DNA of 24,000 nucleotides, from assembly GCA_026016245.1 (NCBI GenBank), contig CP061211.1, positions 134,353 to 158,352 of the forward strand. Reading direction: 5' to 3'. How positions within the stretch are numbered: the first letter of the stretch is position 1; each line of letters starts with the position of its first letter. The notes under the pieces are model-generated. The model was given only the letters and a program-made list of their open reading frames with translations, did no database searches and had not been told where the DNA came from. This DNA comes from Candidatus Pacearchaeota archaeon. Lineage in GTDB: Archaea; Nanobdellota; Nanobdellia; Pacearchaeales; UBA284. Positions 15,420 to 24,000 of the stretch are shown here, piece after piece. The position numbers were made by a program, and so were the translations under genes.

Positions 15420-16421
15420 ATGGTAGATGAAAAGAAAGAGACAAGTAGACCAAATATCCCTGGATTTCAAACAGAAGAAGAGTTATTAGCAGAGATGCTT
15501 GGTGGTGCAAATGTTAAGAGACATACAGTGACACGTTATGAAAAGAAAATTCCTATGAGCAGGGAACAAATAGAGAGTCTAAATTTAGCAGCTTCTAAAT
15601 TAAGTAAATTATGGCCAGGATATGAAATAGAGACTTCTTTTCGCGATTCAGTTAATGTAAGTACTGGCTATGGAATGAGTGAAGTAGTACCTGCCACTTC
15701 CTACTTTACTAAATGGAAGGGAAAGCTGACCCAAGATAAATTAAGCATTGGTTATAATGAAGAAAAAAATATTGGAGCTATAAAATTTGAAGCTGATGGT
15801 AACAGAGAAATAAGAGATACAGGAGTTTATTATTTATCCAATGTCATAAATCTTATTGTTTTTAAAGGACGTAGGTTGGATGAGTCTAATTTGGATAGGT
15901 ATACAAATCCCCTCATAAAAGAAGCTTTAGAAATTTTAAGAAAAGATCTTGAACCAGTAAGGACAAACAGAACAATTCAACAAGTAATAGAAAATACAAA
16001 AATAGATGAGCCTGAGAGATTAAAGTGCGAACCTAAAAAATTTGATTTTTTGGGGGAACTAGGAGACTTGGTTGGATATATGGATAATCTTGTTGCAGAG
16101 AAAGGTGGGTTTGCTGGCATGAGCATAGTTGATCAGCAATATGAGGCTCCTGACAACAAGAATGCTGGAGAAATTATTATTAAAAAGAGATCTGAAATTT
16201 CAGATTTTGTTGATAAGTATCAATTAAGTGAGTTAGGTGCAATAGCCAAAGGAGCGATCATTATTAATGCTCTTCTTGAAAGCAGGATAGATGAAGCTCT
16301 AGCTCTTGCTAAGTATCTTCCTGATAACTATAAAGAAAAAGTTTATTCAATTGTTGAGGATATCCAACAGAATTATTCTCAAAATAATAAATTAAATCAA
16401 AACAACTTGAAAGGGGGTTAA
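15420..16421 (+). CDS. Hypothetical protein, 333 aa
   Basis: ORF starts 1 nt after the previous stop; balanced composition. Confidence 0.7.
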   Translation: MVDEKKETSRPNIPGFQTEEELLAEMLGGANVKRHTVTRYEKKIPMSREQIESLNLAASKLSKLWPGYEIETSFRDSVNVSTGYGMSEVVPATSYFTKWKGKLTQDKLSIGYNEEKNIGAIKFEADGNREIRDTGVYYLSNVINLIVFKGRRLDESNLDRYTNPLIKEALEILRKDLEPVRTNRTIQQVIENTKIDEPERLKCEPKKFDFLGELGDLVGYMDNLVAEKGGFAGMSIVDQQYEAPDNKNAGEIIIKKRSEISDFVDKYQLSELGAIAKGAIIINALLESRIDEALALAKYLPDNYKEKVYSIVEDIQQNYSQNNKLNQNNLKGG

Positions 16422-16424
16422 AAA

Positions 16425-17312
16425 ATGAAATTTATAGCTTTATTAATGGCCCTTGTTTTAGTAATTGCAATGCTTCCTTCAACTTTTGCTGTTGGAGTAA
16501 AGCCTATATGGACAACTGAAAGTGTTAAAAGTATAAGAGAGAAATTTACAGAGCAGAGCACTTTTAGAGAACAAATCAAGCAGCAGATTCAGGATTGTAA
16601 AGACAGGGAGGATGAAGAGTGTATGGCTATAAAAGAGGCTGCTCAACAACTTACAAAAAATATTCTTTTGAGAGTATGTTCAAGAAGTGAGGATATTTTT
16701 GAGAGGTTTGAAGATAGGATAGAGAAGGATCCAAAACTGACTGAGGAAGAGAAAGATGTATTGAAAGAATCTCTACAGAACCAGAAAGACCAATTAGAAG
16801 AGATCTGCGAAGATATTGAAGATGCAGATGAAGAAAGACTTAAGGAAATTGTTGCAGAGATTAGGGCCTTGATAAAAGGAACTCATCTGAAATTTAGGAT
16901 TGCAAGAAAACTTGTCCTTTTGCATAGAATGGGCTTGATTATTGAGAGGGCTGAACATCTTGAAACAAAACTAGATGATTTTATAGAGAAATGGAATTGT
17001 ACAAATACAACCAACATAGATCCTCTTGTAGAACAATTTAACAGCCAGATAGCAGAGGCAAGAGAATCTTATAATGAAAGCAGAGATTTATGGGGCCAGT
17101 TTATAGAAACTGTACAAAATCATGAACCAGACACTGAAATACTTAGAGAAGCTCAGTCAAAGATGCAAGAAGCTCAGTCAAAGCTAAAAGAAGCTCATAA
17201 AACTCTTAAAGAAATAATTCAGGAATTAAGAAAGTGTAGAGAAGCTAGTGGAGAGGAAGAAGAGCCTGAAGAAGAACCAGAGGAAGAGGAAGAAGAGGAG
17301 CCAGAAGAGTAA
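16425..17312 (+). CDS. Predicted secreted coiled-coil protein with poly-Glu C-terminus
   Basis: MKFIALLMALVLVIAMLPSTFAVG signal peptide; long helical repeats (REAQSKMQEAQSKLKEAHKTLKE); EEEEPEEEPEEEEEEEPEE tail. Confidence 0.75.
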   Translation: MKFIALLMALVLVIAMLPSTFAVGVKPIWTTESVKSIREKFTEQSTFREQIKQQIQDCKDREDEECMAIKEAAQQLTKNILLRVCSRSEDIFERFEDRIEKDPKLTEEEKDVLKESLQNQKDQLEEICEDIEDADEERLKEIVAEIRALIKGTHLKFRIARKLVLLHRMGLIIERAEHLETKLDDFIEKWNCTNTTNIDPLVEQFNSQIAEARESYNESRDLWGQFIETVQNHEPDTEILREAQSKMQEAQSKLKEAHKTLKEIIQELRKCREASGEEEEPEEEPEEEEEEEPEE

Positions 17313-17320
17313 ATAAGAAA

Positions 17321-17530
17321 ATGGAATCAAGAATACTTATGATAGTTTTAGTTATTATGCTCCTCTTGACACTTTTTCTTGTTTCAGGTGCTGGTTGTGG
17401 TGAAGAAGAAGTCAGTGCAGAAAGTCTAGATTCAGAATTAAGTGATTTGGAAAGCATGAGTCAGGCTCTTAATGATTTGGAGTTTGATATGAATGAATCA
17501 GAGTTAGATGATTTAGAAGGGATTATCTAA
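17321..17530 (+). CDS. Small secreted or membrane-anchored highly acidic protein (69 aa)
   Basis: MIVLVIMLLLTLFLVSGAGCGEEE hydrophobic leader; acidic remainder. Confidence 0.6.
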   Translation: MESRILMIVLVIMLLLTLFLVSGAGCGEEEVSAESLDSELSDLESMSQALNDLEFDMNESELDDLEGII

Positions 17531-17900
17531 TCTCTTTCTTTTTATTTTTATAAATACCCTCAACTATCCCTTCTGCGAATTTTTTTGAATCTTTTGGGGT
17601 TGAGTCATAAAAAGAAATTTTATATTCATGAGGAATTTCACTTAATATCCCCCATAATTCATTTTTTGTTAAATCAGAAGGCAAGGCTATATATGCATTT
17701 CCTATTATATAAGCTGTAATGTCTCTGTCATTTCTAGTTCCAATAGTTTGAGGATTAAATACATGAATATCTTTTACTTTTACATCAATCCCCCTGCCTA
17801 AAGTTTCTTTTATATTCCATATCACTACTCCTTTCCAATTAAAATTAAGATCAAGACCTATCTGGATAAAATTCCGTAATTCTTCAATTAGATTTGTCAT
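17523..17900 (-). CDS. Hypothetical protein, 125 aa
   Basis: ORF with balanced composition, 8-nt convergent overlap with the preceding gene. Confidence 0.6.
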   Translation of the reverse strand: MTNLIEELRNFIQIGLDLNFNWKGVVIWNIKETLGRGIDVKVKDIHVFNPQTIGTRNDRDITAYIIGNAYIALPSDLTKNELWGILSEIPHEYKISFYDSTPKDSKKFAEGIVEGIYKNKKKEIR

Positions 17901-17943
17901 TTTTATTTAATTATAGAAATACAAGGAAGAAATTTTTAAAGAT

Positions 17944-18642
17944 TTATATTCTAAGATGTATCTGTTCAAAATAAGGTTTAAGTGCTTTCTGAAATTTTTT
18001 AAGCTCTTGTTTTGTATAAGGTTCTATTTTTTCATAGTGCTCGATTAGTGTGTTTTGTGGCTGGAATTGCTGTAAAGAGAATAATTTGTTTGCTTGACTT
18101 TCTTTCAGATATTGTGCTATTTCCATCAGCTTTTCTTCTGTAATGATCCCTGGCACGCAAGTAGTTCTAAACTCATAATTTTTTATTTGTTTGATGATTT
18201 CTATTGATTGTTTTATTTGCTCTATATCTATTATTCTTTGGGCGACTCTTTCATAATCATCTTGCTTTATGGTTGTTTTAATGTCCATTGCTATGTAATC
18301 CACAAGTTTGTTTTTTATTAGGGTTTGAAGCATTTCTGGATTTGAGCCATTTGTATCTATCTTAATTAGGAATCCTAGTTCTTTGATTTTCTTGCAGAAT
18401 TCTGGCAAATCATTATAGATTGTGGGCTCTCCTCCACAAATAACGACTGCATCAATGAATCTTTTTCTTTTTTCCAGATAAGAGAAAATTTCTTCTTCAG
18501 ATATTGCTGGCACTTTTTTTAGCACAAGCTGGGGATTATAACAGAAAGGGCATCTAAAATTACAGCCTTGGACAAAGATTGTTGAGGAAATTTTTTTAGG
18601 ATAATCTATTAAAGTAACTTTTTGAAAACCACCTATTATCAT
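17944..18642 (-). CDS. nrdG: Anaerobic ribonucleoside-triphosphate reductase activating protein (radical SAM)
   Basis: FVQGCNFRCPFCYNPQLV (CxxxCxxC), CGGEPT, DIKTTI; downstream of nrdD. Confidence 0.9.
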   Translation of the reverse strand: MIIGGFQKVTLIDYPKKISSTIFVQGCNFRCPFCYNPQLVLKKVPAISEEEIFSYLEKRKRFIDAVVICGGEPTIYNDLPEFCKKIKELGFLIKIDTNGSNPEMLQTLIKNKLVDYIAMDIKTTIKQDDYERVAQRIIDIEQIKQSIEIIKQIKNYEFRTTCVPGIITEEKLMEIAQYLKESQANKLFSLQQFQPQNTLIEHYEKIEPYTKQELKKFQKALKPYFEQIHLRI

Positions 18643-18661
18643 TCTTTCCTTTTTCTTTCCT

Positions 18662-21600
18662 TTAATCTTTTATAGGGATTGTTTTAAGTGTTGTATCAAA
18701 AGTTTTTCTGTCAGTGAATTCTGTTCTCTTTCCATTGTTCCATTGATCTACTGGTCGAAGATAGCCAACAACTCTAGAATAAACCTCACACTTATTTTTG
18801 CATTGCGGGCATAGGAAATGTTGTCCAAAAAAGTAGCCATGTTTGGTACAGATGCTGAATGTTGGTGTTATAGTGAAATATGGAAGTCTAAAGTTTTCGC
18901 AAACTTTTTTTAATAGAGCCTTGATTGCTTCTTTTGATGGCATGCTCTCCCCAATAAAAGCATGAAAAACTGTTCCTCCAGTGTATTTTGTTTGTAATGG
19001 ATCCTGTAGTTCTAAAGCAAGAAAAAGATCATTAGTGTAGTTAACTGGTAGATTTGTTGAGTTAGTATAATAAGGGTCAGCCCCATTTTCCACTGCAGCA
19101 TTGTTAGCTACAATTATATCAGGAAATGCTTTTTTGTCTATCTTTGCTAATCTATAACTTGCTCCTTCAGCTGGCGTAGCTTCTAAATTGTAAAGATCAT
19201 TTGTTTCTTTTTGATATTTTATTATTTCTCCCCTCATAAAGTCAAGAACTGATTCAGCAAATTTCCTACCTCTTTCTGTTCCAATATCCAGATTAAATAA
19301 ATTCATACAAGCTTCATTCATTCCTAATAAGCCAATAGTTGAGAAATGATTCACCCAGTATTTATTATAAACTTTTTTTATTTCCCTCAAATAGAATTTT
19401 GCATAGGGATACAAGCCTCTGTCAGTAAATTCCTCAAGAACCTTTCTTTTTATTTCTAGACTTTCCTTTGCTATATTCATTAACTTTCCGAGTTTTTCAA
19501 AAAATTCTTCCTCGTTTTTTGTCAAATAACCTATCCTTGGCAAATTTATTGTTACTACTCCTATTGAATTACCGCACCAGCTAACTTTTCCATTTCTTCT
19601 AACAAAGACGGTGTGATTTTTTACTTCACAACAATAGATTTTTCCTTCATAATAAGCTTTTTTGATATTTCTTTTTCTTAGCCTATAATGTTTTGCTTTT
19701 TGAACTCCAAGAACATAAATAACCCCAGCTTTTATTTTCCTTCCTTTGATTTGAGAAACTTTTTTCTTTTGAGATATACTTGTTCCTAGCCATCCTAATT
19801 TCATAATTATTTCCTGTAAATCATCTGCTAATCTTTTAGAAGGAGTCCAATAATTTATTTGACCAGTAATTTTTCTAACATAACCATCACCTTTTACCAT
19901 CCAATCAAATAAGATTTTCAACTGTCTTTTACTTAATCTTTTAATTTCCTTTGGGATAAACTTTTCATATTTATTTCCAAATTGTCGTAAATAAGTCCAT
20001 AACTGCTTATTACAAATTACAAAATTTATTGCCCTTTCTATATAATAATTAAAAGGTAAAGAGTCTAAAACTCTTTTAATCTCTTCTTTTTTCTTTTTAT
20101 TTACTTGGCTAATCACAGTCCTATAACCATGGTTTTTAGCACTTTTTTCATTATCAGTACATCCTTCAGCTAACCAGAATCCAAAGAAGCGCAGCCAATT
20201 ATCCATCTCAATTTTTAAAGCATCTCGATACACCTTGTAAGGAGTTCTTCCCTGCCTTCCATATTTTGTAAATTTAATTCCAGGCAAAATAAACCATGTT
20301 GTCTCTTCTCCTCTCCAAATACCTTGTTTTGGGATACGTTGATTATTAAAATCAAAATCTTTTGCTTCTACAAACTTTCTTTTACCACTCCCTACTTGGT
20401 CTACTACCATTCGATGATTTGGGGTGACTAATAAATCCATGGATTTTGTTTTAAATTGGCACATTTCTCCTTTATGGTTATATTTGAAAAGTTTTTTTGG
20501 TTTATGCAATTCAATTTCATTATTCCTAACTAATGTAAATATCATTTCATTTTTGGTTAAATCTTTAAAAAGTTTCCAGCCATTTTCTGTTAAAATTTCT
20601 GTTTTTTCATCATAACAACCAGTCAAAGGATTTGCTCCGAATAATCCCCCCCCTCTTTTAACAAGCTCTCTGTTATCTAACCTTAAGCGGCAACACATAC
20701 TTCTCGCATCTTCTGGTTTCATATCACTATTAATGAAATTTGAAAAATAAGGTATACCATATTTTGCTGTCATTTCCCATATTTTGTCATATTTTGGACT
20801 GTTCCATGCAAAATCTTTTGTGATGTTGTATGTGGGAATAGGAAATGTAAATACTCTATCAACATCATCACCACCAGTATAAACTTCAGTGAGAGCCTGA
20901 TTAAAAATATCCATCTCTTCCTGGAAATCACCATAAGTTTCTTTCATTGGGTTTCCTCCTATAATTACTGGCTCGTTTCTCATGAATTCTGGCACTTTCA
21001 AATCAAGAGTTATATTTGTGAAAGGTGTATTTCCTGTTATGAATACCTTGCCATTTCTTCTTGCAATAACTGTTCCGTTTTCAGTATTAGGACACCAGAT
21101 TGTTCCTAAGTATCTTATCTTTTTGATTTTATTTATGTAAGTATCCTTGTGTTTTATCAGCCTTAGCACATAAATGGTTTTGGTTCCAATTGTTGGTTTT
21201 CTTTCTAAAATAGTTGACCCATATCCTGCATTTGATGCAATTGCCTGTAAATCATTTAAAATGTCTATGTTAGAAGTTGCAATCTTACAATTCTCAGAGC
21301 CTTCAGCTTTCAGGTAATTATCTATAAACAATTCAGACTGACGCTGGCTCATATCTAATAGAATTTTTGGAATAAAGCTAATACTTGCTTTACTGAACCA
21401 TTTATGTATTATTTTTGATGATGCAGCATTTAATCTTATTCTCTGAACTGGTTTTCCTAAGCCATGTTGAGTATATTCAGAATACTTTAATTTGAAATGT
21501 TTTAGCAATTTTTTTATTTCTTCATAATTTTTCTTGTTTTTTATTTCTGATTGATAAATACTAACTCTATAACAGCATCTGTGTTTGCCTGGTTTTTCTA

Positions 21601-22813
21601 TACTCCCTTCTCCAATTATCCATGCTATTAATTTAATTTGTTCATCACTTACTGGAATGTCTTTCTTAGAATTTTTAGCTGCTATTGGTACAATAAAATG
21701 TGATTTTAATTTTATGACTTTTTCAATTGGTTCTAAAACATAATTATTAGTATTAAATTTTTTTCTTACGACTTTATGTCTAGGGGAAATTAATTGGTCT
21801 TGTATCCTATTTTTTAAATTATACATAACCCCTTCATATTCCTTTTTAAATACACTATTTACTTTTGTGTTTTCTATCACTTTTTTTTCTATATTGAATG
21901 TTTTTATTATCATATCTTTTTTTATTTCATTATATTTTTTCCATCCATTAATAGTCAGTATTTCTGTATCTTCTGAAATACACTGAAATCCTACACGAGT
22001 TGGAACATTTACATTAAACATGAATTCCTGCAAAGCTTGTTTAACTTCTTTATAACCTAAACCATCATATCGAATAAATGGCGCTAAAAGAGTATCAAAG
22101 TTTGATAAAGCTTGGGCACCTGCAGCTTCTCCTTGAAGTGTATAGAAAAAATTAACAACTTGGCCTAAAGCTACTTTGAAGTGTTTTGCTGGTTTACTAT
22201 CTATTTTTCCATAAACACCTTTGAATCCTGTCAAAAGCAAATCTTTAAGATCCCATCCAACACAATATGGAGCAAGAACACCTAAATCATGAACATGAAA
22301 TGTTCCACTTGTGTGGGCCTCTCTTATTTCTGGGGGATAAATCTTTTTTAGCCAGTATTGTGATGTTATGAAAGAAGAGACATGATAATTAAGTCCTTGA
22401 AGAGAATAAGCCATGTTAGAATTCTCCTTGATACGCCAGTCCTGACCCGTCAGATATTCCTCTACTTTTTTTGTATTTGTCAAGAGTTCAGAAACTTTTC
22501 TTATGTCCTCGTGCTGTTTTCTGTAAAGAATGTAAGATTTGGCTGTTTCAACATAATTATTTCTCATTAAAACTCTCTCAACAACATCCTGGATACTTTC
22601 AACACTAGAGATTTGGCCAGGAGCAAGCTGGTCTTCTATTATGATAGTAACTTTATGTGCAAGAGTTTCAGCTATCCTCTTGTTTTCTATTTCATCTTTC
22701 CCAGTCTCTTTTGTAGCATTAAGTGCTTTTTCAATAGCAACAGCTATTTTTCCAAGATTGAATTCTGCGATAGAACCATCTCTTTTACGAATCTCTTTTA
22801 AAATTTTAGCCAC
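18662..22813 (-). CDS. nrdD: Anaerobic ribonucleoside-triphosphate reductase with ATP-cone and two in-frame inteins
   Basis: N-terminal ATP-cone (ILKEIRKRDGSIAEFNLGKIAVAIEKAL); extein junctions PTRVGFQ|TPFTNITLD and LFGANPLTG|SIGVVTINLPRI; C-terminal CPQCKNKCEVYSRVVGYLRPVDQWNNGKRTEF (zinc site and glycyl-radical region). Confidence 0.96.
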   Translation of the reverse strand: MAKILKEIRKRDGSIAEFNLGKIAVAIEKALNATKETGKDEIENKRIAETLAHKVTIIIEDQLAPGQISSVESIQDVVERVLMRNNYVETAKSYILYRKQHEDIRKVSELLTNTKKVEEYLTGQDWRIKENSNMAYSLQGLNYHVSSFITSQYWLKKIYPPEIREAHTSGTFHVHDLGVLAPYCVGWDLKDLLLTGFKGVYGKIDSKPAKHFKVALGQVVNFFYTLQGEAAGAQALSNFDTLLAPFIRYDGLGYKEVKQALQEFMFNVNVPTRVGFQCISEDTEILTINGWKKYNEIKKDMIIKTFNIEKKVIENTKVNSVFKKEYEGVMYNLKNRIQDQLISPRHKVVRKKFNTNNYVLEPIEKVIKLKSHFIVPIAAKNSKKDIPVSDEQIKLIAWIIGEGSIEKPGKHRCCYRVSIYQSEIKNKKNYEEIKKLLKHFKLKYSEYTQHGLGKPVQRIRLNAASSKIIHKWFSKASISFIPKILLDMSQRQSELFIDNYLKAEGSENCKIATSNIDILNDLQAIASNAGYGSTILERKPTIGTKTIYVLRLIKHKDTYINKIKKIRYLGTIWCPNTENGTVIARRNGKVFITGNTPFTNITLDLKVPEFMRNEPVIIGGNPMKETYGDFQEEMDIFNQALTEVYTGGDDVDRVFTFPIPTYNITKDFAWNSPKYDKIWEMTAKYGIPYFSNFINSDMKPEDARSMCCRLRLDNRELVKRGGGLFGANPLTGCYDEKTEILTENGWKLFKDLTKNEMIFTLVRNNEIELHKPKKLFKYNHKGEMCQFKTKSMDLLVTPNHRMVVDQVGSGKRKFVEAKDFDFNNQRIPKQGIWRGEETTWFILPGIKFTKYGRQGRTPYKVYRDALKIEMDNWLRFFGFWLAEGCTDNEKSAKNHGYRTVISQVNKKKKEEIKRVLDSLPFNYYIERAINFVICNKQLWTYLRQFGNKYEKFIPKEIKRLSKRQLKILFDWMVKGDGYVRKITGQINYWTPSKRLADDLQEIIMKLGWLGTSISQKKKVSQIKGRKIKAGVIYVLGVQKAKHYRLRKRNIKKAYYEGKIYCCEVKNHTVFVRRNGKVSWCGNSIGVVTINLPRIGYLTKNEEEFFEKLGKLMNIAKESLEIKRKVLEEFTDRGLYPYAKFYLREIKKVYNKYWVNHFSTIGLLGMNEACMNLFNLDIGTERGRKFAESVLDFMRGEIIKYQKETNDLYNLEATPAEGASYRLAKIDKKAFPDIIVANNAAVENGADPYYTNSTNLPVNYTNDLFLALELQDPLQTKYTGGTVFHAFIGESMPSKEAIKALLKKVCENFRLPYFTITPTFSICTKHGYFFGQHFLCPQCKNKCEVYSRVVGYLRPVDQWNNGKRTEFTDRKTFDTTLKTIPIKD
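19568..20617 (-). other. NrdD intein 2 (350 aa), LAGLIDADG-type
   Basis: Residues 733-1082: CYDEKTEILTENGWKLFKDL...TPNHRMVV...FFGFWLAEGCTD...LFDWMVKGDGYV...NHTVFVRRNGKVSWCGN|S. Confidence 0.92.
21029..21982 (-). other. NrdD intein 1 (318 aa), LAGLIDADG-type
   Basis: Residues 278-595: CISEDTEILTINGWKKYNEI...SPRH...LIAWIIGEGSI...LFIDNYLKAEGS...ARRNGKVFITGN|T. Confidence 0.92.
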
Positions 22814-22823
22814 CTCCTAACTG

Positions 22824-23261
22824 TTATTTTTTCCCTAACTCTTTTATTGTTTTTCTAAAATCCCCAATATCCTCAAATTCTCTATATACAGAAGCAAATC
22901 GAATATAAGCAACTTTATCAATCTTTTTCAATTTTTTCATGACCATTTCTCCTATGATTTTGCTTGGAATTTCAGGGCCATATCCCCTGATTCTTGTCTC
23001 TATCTCTGCAACAGCCTTTTCTATCGTTTCCTGACTTACAGGCCTTTTTTCGCAAGCTTTCATCATCCCTATCAAAAGCTTCTCTCTATCAAAGGGTTCT
23101 CTTCTCTCATCTTTTTTTATTACTCTCATATTTGTCTCTATCCTTTCATATGTGGTAAATCTCTTTTTACATTTCAAACATTCACGTCTTCTCCTAGTGA
23201 TGTTTTCTGTATCTCTTTTATCCAAAACTTTTGTATTTCCAGAGCAATAAGGACATTTCAT
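22824..23261 (-). CDS. nrdR: Transcriptional repressor NrdR (zinc ribbon + ATP-cone)
   Basis: MKCPYCSG...VLDKRDTEN...RRRRECLKCKKRFTTYERIE...VIKKDERREPFDREKLLIGMMKACEKRPVS, 10 nt upstream of nrdD. Confidence 0.95.
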   Translation of the reverse strand: MKCPYCSGNTKVLDKRDTENITRRRRECLKCKKRFTTYERIETNMRVIKKDERREPFDREKLLIGMMKACEKRPVSQETIEKAVAEIETRIRGYGPEIPSKIIGEMVMKKLKKIDKVAYIRFASVYREFEDIGDFRKTIKELGKK

Positions 23262-23280
23262 TTTTGATTTATTTTTAAAA

Positions 23281-23328
23281 ACACAATATCTTGTGTCCTC
23301 TTTTAATATAAAACTACATATAGTATGT
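23281..23328 (-). promoter_or_regulatory. Tandem NrdR-box-like sites upstream of nrdR-nrdD-nrdG
   Basis: ACACAATATCTTGTGT (23281-23296) and ACTACATATAGTATGT (23313-23328), 32 bp apart start-to-start; TATA-like TTTATAAA just upstream on the minus strand. Confidence 0.65.
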
Positions 23329-23442
23329 TATTTATAAACTTTGTGGTTTTAAAATTCAAAGGTTTAAAAGAATATTGTTTTATTTTGTATATTTTATAAT
23401 GTGATAAAACTTATAAAAATCTTTGTATGATAGACCTATATT

Positions 23443-24000
23443 ATGAGATTTCCAATTACAACGGAAAAAACTGAATTTGAGTCAACTAATTTTGTAAATT
23501 TATCGGAAGCATTGCAAGAATCTTTACAAGATATGGATATAATTAACCCCAAAACTTATGAAGCTAAACAAAAATATTTTGATTTGCCTATTGAAGAAGG
23601 GCTCATGTTAAAATGTTTATCTAAATTTTTTGATCTTACTAGTAATTTTCATGTTGGCTGCTCTGCTGATATAAGACCACCAAGTTTTGCTTTTTATATG
23701 TTTAAAGGTTCGGCTGACACAAGAGAAGGTGCATTTAATTTTTATTATCGAAGAATGCTTAAATTAAGTACTTTTTTAGAAAATACTTCTTTTAGAAATG
23801 AAAGAGGTGTCAGAGATCTAGAATCACTTGCAAGGGCTTATAATCAAAGAGAGAATTATGGAGAAAAAATAGGTATCAGTTGGAACGGTTGGACTGGAGA
23901 TGAAGATAAACAATTTGGCAAAACTGGTTTTTCTGGTGCTAATATTAGCCTAGAATTTGATAGTAATTTTTTAAAAGAATTTGATGGAGTTGATGATTTA
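23443..24000 (+). CDS. Partial hypothetical protein (at least 186 aa), runs off the right edge
   Basis: Manual translation from ATG 23443: MRFPITTEKTEFESTNFVNLSEALQESLQDMDIINPKTYEAKQKYFDLPIEEGLMLKCLSKFFDLTSNFHVGCSAD..., no stop up to 24000. Not in the ORF track because it lacks a stop. Confidence 0.75.
   Translation, partial: MRFPITTEKTEFESTNFVNLSEALQESLQDMDIINPKTYEAKQKYFDLPIEEGLMLKCLSKFFDLTSNFHVGCSADIRPPSFAFYMFKGSADTREGAFNFYYRRMLKLSTFLENTSFRNERGVRDLESLARAYNQRENYGEKIGISWNGWTGDEDKQFGKTGFSGANISLEFDSNFLKEFDGVDDL

Noticed and set aside
17245-17457. 70-aa minus-strand ORF
   Set aside because: Antisense to the poly-Glu tail and the small acidic protein gene.
20424-22801. + strand ORFs at 20424-20615, 22382-22570 and 22613-22801
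   Set aside because: Antisense to nrdD, which is unambiguous.

Overview
AT-rich window that looks archaeal, probably from a DPANN-type lineage. The evidence is a TFE-alpha-like factor, an intron-bearing tRNA-Gly with the intron at 37/38, and TATA-like promoters. Chromosomal landmarks are: TFE-like protein (169-852 -), tRNA-Gly(CCC) with a 40-nt intron (9059-9169 -), metG plus a separate tRNA-binding-domain gene (11124-12967 +), tRNA-Val(CAC) (13121-13193 -), a membrane-anchored winged-helix regulator (13232-13966 -), a five-gene block of secreted and coiled-coil unknowns (14109-17530 +), and an nrdR-nrdD-nrdG operon on the minus strand. NrdD carries two LAGLIDADG-type inteins (318 and 350 aa), and two NrdR-box-like sites precede nrdR. 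The most interesting region is a candidate 5.47-kb cargo transposon at 3577-9048. It has 24-bp terminal inverted repeats (21/24 identical) flanked by a perfect 5-bp direct repeat (AATAA), and it ends about 10 bp from the tRNA-Gly 3' end. It encodes an IS6/IS240-like DDE transposase, a DNA adenine/cytosine-N4-type methyltransferase convergent with a possible effector or restriction gene, an AbrB-like protein missing from the ORF track with an operator of three TAACGTTA palindromes spaced 11 bp apart, a wHTH/373-aa gene pair, and a small HExxH protein. I read this as a mobile accessory or defence-like island whose main effectors are not recognisable to me.
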